Source of the DNA: Candidatus Omnitrophota bacterium
GTDB lineage: Bacteria; Omnitrophota; Gorgyraeia; JAHIPI01
DNA length: 63,507 bases
NCBI GenBank assembly: GCA_043800065.1
Contig: JAZDNG010000039.1
Location: forward strand, 1-63,507
Direction: 5' to 3'
A program made the translations under genes and the position numbers. Positions 28,097-37,220 of the stretch are shown here, in pieces (the first letter of the stretch is position 1; each line of letters starts with the position of its first letter). The notes under the pieces are model-generated. The model searched no databases and was not told the DNA's origin. It worked only from the letters and a program-made list of their open reading frames with translations.

Positions 28097-28837
28097 ATGG
28101 TACTAAAAAGTAAAGTTGGGTTGATAACCGGCGGCGCAAGGGGGATCGGCAAAGAGATGGCTCTTCTTTTTGCTCGGGAAGGCGCCGATATCTGTATATG
28201 CGATATTAACGACGAATCTATTCAAGCGGTAGTAAAAGAGATAGAGTCGCTCGGCGTAAAGGCCTTGGGGGTAAAAGTAGACGTAACAAATTATTCCGAG
28301 GTTCTTGAGATGGCCGGAAAAGTGCTTGACAAATTTTCAAAAATAGATATACTAATCAACAATGCGGGGATAACCCGCGACAATCTTTTGCTCAGAATGA
28401 AAGAAGAAGATTGGGATAGCGTATTGAACGTGAATCTTAAGGGTACGTTCAATTGCACGAAGGCCGTTTCCAAAATAATGATAAAACAAAGATGCGGCAA
28501 AATCGTTAATATAGCGTCTATAATAGGAATAATAGGCAACGCCGGCCAGGCAAATTACGCCGCTTCAAAAGGCGGCATAATAAGTTTTACCAAGAGTGTG
28601 GCGAAGGAGCTTGCTTCGCGTAATATAAATGTTAACGCGATAGCGCCCGGTTTCATAAAGACGGATATGACCGCAAAGCTTTCCGAGGAGATTAAGGACG
28701 GCATGCTTAAGCTGATTCCGCTGGGCAGGCTGGGCGACCCCCTGGATGTGGCAAAGCTGGCGCTCTTTTTGGCCAGCGATAATTCCGGATACATAACCGG
28801 CGAAGTAATAAAAGTAGACGGCGGCATGGTAATGTAA
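28097..28837 (+). CDS. fabG: 3-oxoacyl-ACP reductase FabG
   Basis: TGGARGIG Rossmann motif, NNAGI, catalytic YAASKGG, GYITGEVIKVDGGMVM C-terminus. Confidence 0.93.
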   Translation: MVLKSKVGLITGGARGIGKEMALLFAREGADICICDINDESIQAVVKEIESLGVKALGVKVDVTNYSEVLEMAGKVLDKFSKIDILINNAGITRDNLLLRMKEEDWDSVLNVNLKGTFNCTKAVSKIMIKQRCGKIVNIASIIGIIGNAGQANYAASKGGIISFTKSVAKELASRNINVNAIAPGFIKTDMTAKLSEEIKDGMLKLIPLGRLGDPLDVAKLALFLASDNSGYITGEVIKVDGGMVM

Positions 28838-28839
28838 GC

Positions 28840-28900
28840 GAGGTCATAACTTACGGAGTAATAGAATAATTTTCATGCAACGTAAGTTATAAGACCGAGC
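28840..28900 (-). repeat. ATAACTTATG-family element, copy D (inverted; carries compensatory T>C / A>G change)
   Basis: GGTCATAACTTACGGAG...CAACGTAAGTTATAAGACC. The reverse complement aligns with copy A. CTTACG/CGTAAG replaces CTTATG/CATAAG on both arms. Confidence 0.65.
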
Positions 28901-28904
28901 TTAT

Positions 28905-28933
28905 CCTTGACAATTTGTAAACAGATTGTCAAG
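28905..28933. promoter_or_regulatory. Perfect 10-bp-arm palindrome containing a TTGACA box upstream of acpP (candidate operator/promoter)
   Basis: CCTTGACAAT-TTGTAAACAG-ATTGTCAAGG, centred between inverted repeat copies D and A. Confidence 0.45.
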
Positions 28934-28940
28934 GGTTAAT

Positions 28941-29003
28941 TCGCACTTATAACTTATGTCGCAATAAGAAGGAAGCAGGGCTCCATAAGTTATGTGCTCA
29001 TTA
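28941..29003 (+). repeat. ATAACTTATG-family element, copy A, abutting the acpP ribosome-binding site
   Basis: TCGCACTTATAACTTATGTCGC-N-GCTCCATAAGTTATGTGCTCATT, followed directly by AAGGAGG and the ATG at 29015. Confidence 0.7.
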
Positions 29004-29014
29004 AGGAGGTAGAG

Positions 29015-29251
29015 ATGGCAGTTTCGGAGAAAGTAAAGTCGATTATAGCTGAGCAGTTGGGAGTAAAAAAAGAGGAAGTTACTGACGCGGCAAAATTTAT
29101 AGATGATCTTGGGGCAGATTCTCTGGATACGGTAGAATTGGTAATGGCGCTTGAAGAGGAATTTGGCATAGAGATTCCCGATGAAGATGCCGAAAAGATG
29201 GCGACCGTAAGCGAAGCTATTAAGTATATTGAGCAAAAAGCCAGCAATTAA
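29015..29251 (+). CDS. acpP: Acyl carrier protein
   Basis: Start trimmed to [11 protein letters not shown]. Contains the [20 protein letters not shown] phosphopantetheine site. Confidence 0.95.
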   Translation: MAVSEKVKSIIAEQLGVKKEEVTDAAKFIDDLGADSLDTVELVMALEEEFGIEIPDEDAEKMATVSEAIKYIEQKASN

Positions 29252-29287
29252 AGCGTCTATCGCGAATATAACTCTTTTTAACATATA

Positions 29288-30541
29288 ATGAAACCAAGAC
29301 GCGTCGTCATAACCGGTGTAGGTATCTTATCGCCTGTCGGAAACACAAAGGCAGACTTTCGGGATGCCGTATTTAACGGAAAGAGCGGAGCAGCAAAACT
29401 TACCTGCATCGATACTTCTTATTTTACGTCTCATATAGGCGCAGAGGTAAAGAATTTTAATCCCGCCTCATACGGTATAAACCCCAAAGAACTTAGGAGG
29501 ATGGATAGGTTTGTGCAGTTTGCTGTCTCGGCTTCTAAGATGGCTGTTGAAGATTCAGGTCTGGACCTTAACAAAGAAGACAGAAACAGGATAGGCGTGT
29601 ATGTAGGCTCAGGTATAGGCGGGCTTCATACTATTGAAGAACAGGTAACGGCTTACGCCGAGCGTGGTCCCGAAAAGGGCGCTTCCAAGATGTCGCCATT
29701 TTTAATCCCCATGCTCATAGTGAACATGGGCTCCGGTATGATATCCATTGCCTTAGGGTTGAAGGGCCCGAATTCCGCGGTAGCCACAGCCTGCGCTACC
29801 AGCAATAATGCCATAGGAGATGCATTCCGCCTGATTCAGAGGAATGACGCCGATATGATGGTGGCGGGCGGAGCGGAGGGCGCTCTTACCGCTATGGGAT
29901 TCGGCGGTTTCTGCGCGTTACGGGCTTTATCGACACGGAACGACGAACCGGAAAAGGCATCCCGACCGTTCGATAAGGAACGGGACGGATTTGTCATGGG
30001 AGAGGGGTCGGGCGTAGTGGTATTGGAAGAGCTTGAACACGCAAGAAGCAGGAAGGCGAATATTTATGCGGAAATGATAGGATACGGCATGAGTGGGGAT
30101 GCCTATCATATAACGGCACCGGATCCCGAGGGCGACGGCGCGGCAAGATGCATGAAAGCCGCCATAGATGACGCCGGGGTCAAGCCGGAAGAAGTCGATT
30201 ATATAAATGCCCACGGGACCTCGACGCAGCTGAACGATAAGATCGAGACATTAGCCATTAAGAAGGTCTTCGGAAAGCATGCTTATAAGCTTGCAGTAAG
30301 CTCCACCAAATCGATGATCGGGCACTTACTTGGCGCTGCCGGTGGAGCGGAATTGATAGCCACTGTGTTAGGAATAAAAGAAGAAATTATTTGCCCTACA
30401 ATAAATTATGAGTTCCCGGATCCCGAATGCGACTTAGATTATGTCCCGAATAAGGCGCGAAAGAAAGAGGTGAATGTGGCAATATCCAATTCACTCGGCT
30501 TCGGTGGCCATAATGCCACCTTGGTAGTACGGAAGTATTGA
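29288..30541 (+). CDS. fabF: 3-oxoacyl-ACP synthase II FabF
   Basis: VATACATSN active-site Cys, [36 protein letters not shown]. Confidence 0.95.
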   Translation: MKPRRVVITGVGILSPVGNTKADFRDAVFNGKSGAAKLTCIDTSYFTSHIGAEVKNFNPASYGINPKELRRMDRFVQFAVSASKMAVEDSGLDLNKEDRNRIGVYVGSGIGGLHTIEEQVTAYAERGPEKGASKMSPFLIPMLIVNMGSGMISIALGLKGPNSAVATACATSNNAIGDAFRLIQRNDADMMVAGGAEGALTAMGFGGFCALRALSTRNDEPEKASRPFDKERDGFVMGEGSGVVVLEELEHARSRKANIYAEMIGYGMSGDAYHITAPDPEGDGAARCMKAAIDDAGVKPEEVDYINAHGTSTQLNDKIETLAIKKVFGKHAYKLAVSSTKSMIGHLLGAAGGAELIATVLGIKEEIICPTINYEFPDPECDLDYVPNKARKKEVNVAISNSLGFGGHNATLVVRKY

Positions 30542-30573
30542 TGTTAGGCGTGAAAAAAGCTTAATTTTCCTTC

Positions 30574-30602
30574 TTGAATTACTCTATATTGTGTGGTATA
30601 CT
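30574..30602 (+). promoter_or_regulatory. Candidate sigma70 promoter for the giant secreted protein gene
   Basis: TTGAAT, 17-nt spacer, TATACT with TGG extended -10. Confidence 0.45.
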
Positions 30603-30686
30603 TATATAGAGACTGGGAGGGACTTTTTTTTCTCTACTATTTTAGCTTATATTTAATGCATTTAGTAACTAAAAACGATAAACGCA

Positions 30687-33600
30687 ATGACTTCCCCCCA
30701 AGGAGAAGATGAAGTGAGGACCTTAGACTGTAAATGGATAAAAACCGTCTTTATAGGCAGTGTTTTATTCGTATCTTTGTTCACATCCGCCTATGCCGCC
30801 GTATCTCCTAATATTCTACTTGTGGATGATTTTTCAGACTATCTAGCTGATCCATATTCGGAGCTGAATCGTATGAAATATTGGACAGGCGGCGGCGAGG
30901 CTGACGAAGAGGGGAACGGCGGACTGCTGATGGACGTTGACGTCTCCGATCCTGCAATTTGTAACCCGTATCCCGCCTGTCATAAAATAACTTATACTGA
31001 AGACAATCCGGACACCCCCGGCATAAATGAGGGCCTTTACCAATGGTGGGCAACCTGTTTTTGGGATGGTCTTCATCCCGATACAAAGACAAGCCTTCTT
31101 AGGTATACTCATATCGCATTTGAGGTTAAAGGCGTTTCAGGCGGCGAGGATTTCTACGTTGGTTTACAGGAAACCAATAAGAAAAAGTTCGACCTGCAAA
31201 TTAAGGTAAGCGACTTTGTGCAAGACAGCGATATAAGCACGGATTGGAAAACAATCAGGATACCTCTGAATAAATTTATTGAGAAACTCGGAAACCCACC
31301 CGAACAACCGGGCGTAAATCTTAATTTAGTGCAGGCAATAGATTTTATGTTTTATGCGCCGGAGAGCCTATCAGGAACAATTTATTTTACAAATCTTAGA
31401 TTAGAAGGCGCTAAAATAGATGATTTTGAAGATCCGATAGAGAGCGAAAACCTTTTACGCCATCCTTCTTCCACAGGATCCGGCAGGATGGACGAATCGA
31501 GTGACATGATTGATCCTTTTAATCCCGATAATGAGTGTCACAAGCTTACTTGGGGAGAGAATAGCAGCCCAGATTTGCCCGGATTTTGGTATACGAAAAC
31601 TTATTTTGAGCCCTGGAACGTCGACGAGCCTACGGATATTTCGCTTTATACCCATTTGAATATCCGCGTCCGAGGCGAAACGGGGGGCGAGGCATTTAAC
31701 ATAGAATTCCAGGAAGCCGTTCAAGGCCAAGATCCTAATTTAATCTCTCTTCCGAGCACTAACTATATCAGCGTTACGGCAAGCTGGCAGGTTATGTCGA
31801 TTCCTTTAGCTGATTTTGTAGCAGCCGGCGTAGGCGATAAAAATAATATGGCGGCCATAGCGCTTCTTTTTCCTGAAGCAGATTCAAATCAGAAAACGAT
31901 ATATATCGATGATATCTCTTTATCATATCAGAATCACCCGCCCGTAATCTACAATGCGTCGATGAGAACCCTGTATGCTAATTATCCGAATTCATATTAC
32001 ATCTTGGGGGTTGACCCCGAGGATGACCACCTTATATTCTCAGCCGAAAATCTTCCGCAGGGGGCCGTCCTGGATCCTACAAGCGGCCTGATTATGTGGA
32101 AGCCGGATGATACTCAAAAATATCTTCATGGCGGAATAAAATTAAGGGTTAGCGACGGATACGTACAGGCACAAAAGACCATATCTATAGATGTGGTTGA
32201 TTTTCTCGGTTTTGAGAAACCGCAAAGCACCGGGCCTATCAGGCTAGAAAAGATCCAGCCTGCAGATCCACATGTTCCTGCGATCAGGAAGCTTTTTATA
32301 AACGGAAAAGAATTTAAGATAAGAGGAATTGGTTATGCGCCGGTACCCATAGGATATGACTCATCTACTGAAGACTGGGAATCTATGGTTGATCTTGAGG
32401 CCATTTATCAAAGAGACTTCCCTATTTTACGGGAGCTCCGTGTCAATACTATAAGGACATGGAATAGCGTCAATGAAACCCTGCTCGATTACGCAAATAG
32501 TTACGGCATTAAAGTGTGTGCTACCTTCCCCATTGATTCTGTCCAGAATTTTCAAGATCCATTAGTCCGCAGAACTCTTATCAATGACTTCAGGGCATAT
32601 GTAAATACCCGCAAAAGTCATCCTGCAATCTTGATGTGGATTCTCGGTAATGAAGTAGATTTTTCTAACTTAGGCGATACCGATAACCTAATTGCATGGT
32701 ACTCTCTCGCAAATGAAATGGCCAAAGCTGCGTACGAAATAGAAGGGCCGGCCTATCACCCCGTTGCCCTTTCTAGCGCTGTATTGAGGAATATCGGTAA
32801 TGCTGATTTGGGTGCGCATGACGGCGGGCTGAACTACGTTGACTTATGGGCGATGAATGCCTACATGGGGTATTCCTTCGCGTATAAATACTTCATATTA
32901 GAAAATGTCCTGCCCAATAGTTACTTCGGGGATTTTGCAATGTTAAGCGATAAGCCTCTTTTTATAGCGGAATACGGCATCGATTCGTACATTTCGACTG
33001 TGTATAACTCATCCGGCCAACCGACGGATGGTTATGAAGACGCTGCGACACAGGCGGCGTGGCTTGTTAATAGCACCCACGACTTATCGTATGAAATGGC
33101 CGAAGGAATATGCATAGGCAGTTCTATTATGAATTATACCGACGAATGGTGGAAGGCGGGGGATAAATACCAGCAAGGCCTAGCCGGCTACAGTACCGTC
33201 GGCATGGGCAACGATATACATCCGGATGATTTTGCAAATGAAGAACATTGGGGTATTTTTGCCATAGCTCCTGACGGAGCCGATCCTGATAATCTTGACG
33301 ACCTTATCAAAAAAGATGGCTATGATAGCGAAATGGTTCTCCGTTGCGCATACGATGACATCCGCGATCAATGTTTTAACGAAGCCCCTGTAATTGTCGA
33401 GCCGGAATCCGATTTGACATTCTATGCCGGAGAAAATAACGGATTTTATGTTATTGCCAAAGACAATAACGGCGATAAACTTGTGATGGACTGGGCTCCG
33501 CATGATATAGGCGACTTCCATCAGTGCGCTAACGCAAATTTCGGATATTTTACGTGGACGCCGGCCTCTCCTCAGGACATCGGGGATCACCAAGTAACAT

Positions 33601-35399
33601 TTGTGGCTACGGAAGACTGGAATGTCTACGGCGAGGATATTAAATCATGCGATAAGACGATAACAATAACCGTGGTCGATCCAAGTCCGGATCCCGGTGA
33701 TACCGAACCGCCTGTTGCCTCTGCCGGTAATGATATGACTGCATGCGAGGATACCTTTGTTGTATTTGACGGTTCAGCATCCACCGATAATGTCGGAATA
33801 CTCAGCTATCAATGGGACTTTAGTTACGACGGCGTTACATTTAATGCAGAAGGCGAAGGCCCGATCGTGGTTAATAAGTTTGAGGAGCCGGGTATTTATA
33901 TAATAGCCCTGCAGGTCAACGATGGGGCCGGTAACGGCCCTGTTATCGATACGCTGGAATTAACGGTAACCGAAGTCGAAGAGAGAATTAACGTAGTTAA
34001 TGATTATAACAGCATACAAGAAGTGATAGATCAATCTTCCTACGGCGATACGATTTATGTGCACAACGGCGAATACACAGAAAATATTACTATGAGGGAA
34101 GGCGTCTCTTTAAGAGGAAATGCCTTTGAAGAGGTTGTAATAAAAGGGAATATTCTATTTAACGGCATACTTGCCAAGATAGATGAGGAGCCCGTTATTT
34201 TTATCGAACGCTTTACAATTAAATATCCGGAACAGGGCTATATCAATATACAAAATGACGAGTACCCCGCCCCCGGCTTGGACCTGCTTAACGCTGCGGG
34301 CGTAACGCTTATTAATTCTAACGTTGCCGTTAAGAGCTGCGTTATCGTACCCGATTTAGAAAACATAAATCCCGAGCTAGACTATTACGGCAACGGCATA
34401 CAGATATTTAACTTGTACAAGATGGGCTATCTAGTCCCCAATATCCAAAATAATCTTATCCGTAATGCCGAGATCGGTATCTTTGAGTTCTCGCAGGCGA
34501 TGGGCGGAGAAATTTGGGGCCCCGTACAGGATAACACTTTGGACAACAACATATATGGCATAGTAGAGCGCATGCATAAAGAAAATCCGGCAATAAGAAA
34601 CAACATCATTACCGGAAGCAGCAAAGACGGAGTGCACCTTACCTATAAGGATTCTGCCGGCTTTCTCGCCGCCAGATTAGGCAATGTCCTTAATAGCTGT
34701 TTATGGGGCAACTTAAATAATGTCTGGTGCGATGAGACTCAATTACAAGAGACGCCCACCGGCGTCGGAAATATTTACGAAGATCCTCTATATATCGGTC
34801 CGCCTTTTGATTATACTCCCCTGAATCCGAATTGTAATGTAGAAGGCAATGAAATGGGATATAGGGCCGCAGATCCTCTACCGGTAGGCCCGCCGAAGAT
34901 ATTCGCGTTTGAGGAGAGTTTTGAGGACGACTGGGGGAGCTGGAGTCCGGATTATGAGGAAAACCCTTTAGTCTCCTATGGCGTAGATTTAAGTCAGGAC
35001 CAGGCATATTATGACGGGATATATTCTGTTAAGGTATCGATCGACGTGAATGAGGACGGGCAAATAGGTGTGGCATGGATACAAAGAGAGGTAGCTTTAT
35101 CTCCGCACACCTCATATATCGTGCACATGAGTTTCCAGGTATGGAGTCCTACAGACTCACCGATTACCTATTCATCCGTAATATCTTGCCTTAGCAAAAA
35201 TGACCCTGAAGTGGCTGGTGATTTTGCAATTATAGGCCAGGCCGACTTAGTTGCGGGCTGGCGGGAATATAACTATTCAGCAGAAATAACCACCGATGCG
35301 ACCGGTTCCGTTTATGCAGGTTGTGGTATAAGTACTCCATGGGAAGGAGTCGCTACCCATTATATAGATTCTATTAGTATCGATTTTGTCTCGTTTTAA
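30687..35399 (+). CDS. 1570-aa secreted multidomain protein: 2 CBM-like modules, Ig/cadherin-like, clan GH-A glycoside hydrolase, Ig-like, PKD, right-handed beta-helix, C-terminal CBM-like
   Basis: Signal peptide ...LFVSLFTSAYA|AV. A GTG at 30714 with AAGGAG upstream may be the true start. TIM-barrel signatures NTIRTWN, LGNEVD (acid/base) and LFIAEYG (nucleophile). PKD-like FDGSASTDNVGILSYQWDF. Beta-helix entry YGDTIYVHNGEYTENI. Confidence 0.7.
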   Translation: MTSPQGEDEVRTLDCKWIKTVFIGSVLFVSLFTSAYAAVSPNILLVDDFSDYLADPYSELNRMKYWTGGGEADEEGNGGLLMDVDVSDPAICNPYPACHKITYTEDNPDTPGINEGLYQWWATCFWDGLHPDTKTSLLRYTHIAFEVKGVSGGEDFYVGLQETNKKKFDLQIKVSDFVQDSDISTDWKTIRIPLNKFIEKLGNPPEQPGVNLNLVQAIDFMFYAPESLSGTIYFTNLRLEGAKIDDFEDPIESENLLRHPSSTGSGRMDESSDMIDPFNPDNECHKLTWGENSSPDLPGFWYTKTYFEPWNVDEPTDISLYTHLNIRVRGETGGEAFNIEFQEAVQGQDPNLISLPSTNYISVTASWQVMSIPLADFVAAGVGDKNNMAAIALLFPEADSNQKTIYIDDISLSYQNHPPVIYNASMRTLYANYPNSYYILGVDPEDDHLIFSAENLPQGAVLDPTSGLIMWKPDDTQKYLHGGIKLRVSDGYVQAQKTISIDVVDFLGFEKPQSTGPIRLEKIQPADPHVPAIRKLFINGKEFKIRGIGYAPVPIGYDSSTEDWESMVDLEAIYQRDFPILRELRVNTIRTWNSVNETLLDYANSYGIKVCATFPIDSVQNFQDPLVRRTLINDFRAYVNTRKSHPAILMWILGNEVDFSNLGDTDNLIAWYSLANEMAKAAYEIEGPAYHPVALSSAVLRNIGNADLGAHDGGLNYVDLWAMNAYMGYSFAYKYFILENVLPNSYFGDFAMLSDKPLFIAEYGIDSYISTVYNSSGQPTDGYEDAATQAAWLVNSTHDLSYEMAEGICIGSSIMNYTDEWWKAGDKYQQGLAGYSTVGMGNDIHPDDFANEEHWGIFAIAPDGADPDNLDDLIKKDGYDSEMVLRCAYDDIRDQCFNEAPVIVEPESDLTFYAGENNGFYVIAKDNNGDKLVMDWAPHDIGDFHQCANANFGYFTWTPASPQDIGDHQVTFVATEDWNVYGEDIKSCDKTITITVVDPSPDPGDTEPPVASAGNDMTACEDTFVVFDGSASTDNVGILSYQWDFSYDGVTFNAEGEGPIVVNKFEEPGIYIIALQVNDGAGNGPVIDTLELTVTEVEERINVVNDYNSIQEVIDQSSYGDTIYVHNGEYTENITMREGVSLRGNAFEEVVIKGNILFNGILAKIDEEPVIFIERFTIKYPEQGYINIQNDEYPAPGLDLLNAAGVTLINSNVAVKSCVIVPDLENINPELDYYGNGIQIFNLYKMGYLVPNIQNNLIRNAEIGIFEFSQAMGGEIWGPVQDNTLDNNIYGIVERMHKENPAIRNNIITGSSKDGVHLTYKDSAGFLAARLGNVLNSCLWGNLNNVWCDETQLQETPTGVGNIYEDPLYIGPPFDYTPLNPNCNVEGNEMGYRAADPLPVGPPKIFAFEESFEDDWGSWSPDYEENPLVSYGVDLSQDQAYYDGIYSVKVSIDVNEDGQIGVAWIQREVALSPHTSYIVHMSFQVWSPTDSPITYSSVISCLSKNDPEVAGDFAIIGQADLVAGWREYNYSAEITTDATGSVYAGCGISTPWEGVATHYIDSISIDFVSF

Positions 35400-35494
35400 T
35401 AAGAGAACCCCCTCTTCTTTTTAGGCCAAAATTAATTGAAATTCTCTCCTTCTTGTGCTACACTTATTATTATAATACGGAAAATAAGATAATT

Positions 35495-37207
35495 ATGGTA
35501 TTTAAAAAAGAACTCTTATTAGGCCAGTTGCTTGTAGACAGAAAACTTATAACTGTTGAACAGCTGGACGAGGCCATAAAGGAGCAGAAAAAAACGGGCG
35601 GTTTCCTGGGAAACATCCTTCTCAGGAAGGGGTACGTTTTAGAGGATAAGCTCTTCCCGATCATTGCCGGACAGCTGGACGTTGAGTATGTCAAGCTGAA
35701 GAATATCGAGATAGAGCCGGAAGTCATCGAAAAAGTTCCGGCGAAATTTGCCAGTCATTACAAGTTGATCCCCACGGATTTCAGCGATAATATCCTTACC
35801 ATAGCCGTTACGAACCCCCTTGATATCCATACCATAGACGATGTAAAACTCCTTTTAGGCTGCGAGACCAATATGGTTTTGGCAAGCGAAGAAGATATAA
35901 TCGATGCCATAAGAAAATATTACGGCGTAGGCGCCGATACCCTTGAAAAGATGATGGCCGGCGAGGGGGCAAAAGAGGAGTTTTCCCCAAGCGCGCCGAA
36001 GACCGAAGATATAGAAGATATGGCGCAGGATGCCTCAATAATAAAATTTGTCAACCAGCTTTTTCTACAGGCTTATAAAGACAGGGCCACTGATATTCAC
36101 ATAGAGCCGTATGAAGATGAAATGAAGGTAAGGTTCAGAATAGACGGCGTGCTTTATGACACCGCTATACCACCCAACATAAAGCATTTCCAGTCCGCGA
36201 TAATATCCAGAATAAAAATTATGTCAAACCTGAATATAGCGGAACGTCGCCTGCCGCAGGACGGCCGCATAAGAATAAAAGGCGCCAACTACGAATTGGA
36301 CCTTAGAGTCTCTATTTTGCCTACTCCTTACGGAGAAAGCGTGGATATCAGGCTTCTCGGCACCAACTTAAAATTCAGCCTGGAAAACCTAGGGCTCTTG
36401 CCAAGAGATCTTAAGATAATGGAGGAGATGATAAAAAAACCGCACGGTATTATTTTTGTAACGGGCCCGACAGGAAGCGGAAAGACGACCACCCTCTATG
36501 CCTGTCTTAACAGGATCAATTCCGAAGAAAAGAAGATCATAACGATAGAAGATCCGATAGAATATCAGATAAAAAATGTGACTCAGATCCAGGTGCACCC
36601 CCGCATAGGGTTGACTTTTGCGCAGGGGTTGCGCAGTATGCTGCGCCACGACCCAGACATAATGATGGTCGGCGAGGTCAGGGACTTTGAGACGGCAGAG
36701 ATAACGATAAGAGTGGCCCTTACGGGCCATCTTGTCTTCTCTACTTTACACACAAACGATGCCGCCGGCGGCATAACGCGATTGGTAGATATGGGTATTG
36801 AGCCGTTTCTTGCCGCATCAAGCGTGGAATGCTTCATAGCCCAGCGCCTGGTTCGGATCATATGCCCCTCATGTAAAAAAGAGATGAAACCGTCTACAGA
36901 AGTACTTAAAGAACTCGGAGTAGCAGATATAAAGGACATAGCGAAAGTCAAATTTTACGAAGGCGGAGGTTGTGACGAATGCAAATATACCGGATATAAA
37001 GACAGAACCGCTATATACGAAATTCTCGTCATAGATAGCGATATACGCGACCTCGTCATGGCCAGAAAATCGTCCGATATCATAAAAAAAATCGCCGTGC
37101 AGCACGGTATGCGCACCCTGCGCCAGGATGGATGGGAAAAGATAAAGATGGGCATAACTACGCCGTCGGAAGTGATGAGGGTAACCGAGGCCCAGGTAAT
37201 AGAATAG
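35495..37207 (+). CDS. gspE: Type II secretion / type IV pilus assembly ATPase GspE with N-terminal MshEN-type domain
   Basis: Start trimmed to MVFKKELLLGQ. Walker A GPTGSGKTT, Asp box, Walker B MMVGEVRD, His box TGHLVFSTLHTND, tetracysteine CPSC...CDEC. Confidence 0.9.
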   Translation: MVFKKELLLGQLLVDRKLITVEQLDEAIKEQKKTGGFLGNILLRKGYVLEDKLFPIIAGQLDVEYVKLKNIEIEPEVIEKVPAKFASHYKLIPTDFSDNILTIAVTNPLDIHTIDDVKLLLGCETNMVLASEEDIIDAIRKYYGVGADTLEKMMAGEGAKEEFSPSAPKTEDIEDMAQDASIIKFVNQLFLQAYKDRATDIHIEPYEDEMKVRFRIDGVLYDTAIPPNIKHFQSAIISRIKIMSNLNIAERRLPQDGRIRIKGANYELDLRVSILPTPYGESVDIRLLGTNLKFSLENLGLLPRDLKIMEEMIKKPHGIIFVTGPTGSGKTTTLYACLNRINSEEKKIITIEDPIEYQIKNVTQIQVHPRIGLTFAQGLRSMLRHDPDIMMVGEVRDFETAEITIRVALTGHLVFSTLHTNDAAGGITRLVDMGIEPFLAASSVECFIAQRLVRIICPSCKKEMKPSTEVLKELGVADIKDIAKVKFYEGGGCDECKYTGYKDRTAIYEILVIDSDIRDLVMARKSSDIIKKIAVQHGMRTLRQDGWEKIKMGITTPSEVMRVTEAQVIE

Positions 37208-37220
37208 GCAAACGCGATCA

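Noticed and set aside
35400-35494. Sigma70 promoter call upstream of gspE
   Set aside because: Candidate hexamers (TTGAAA...TACACT, TTGTGC...TATAAT) have poor spacing or weak boxes. Not reported as a feature.
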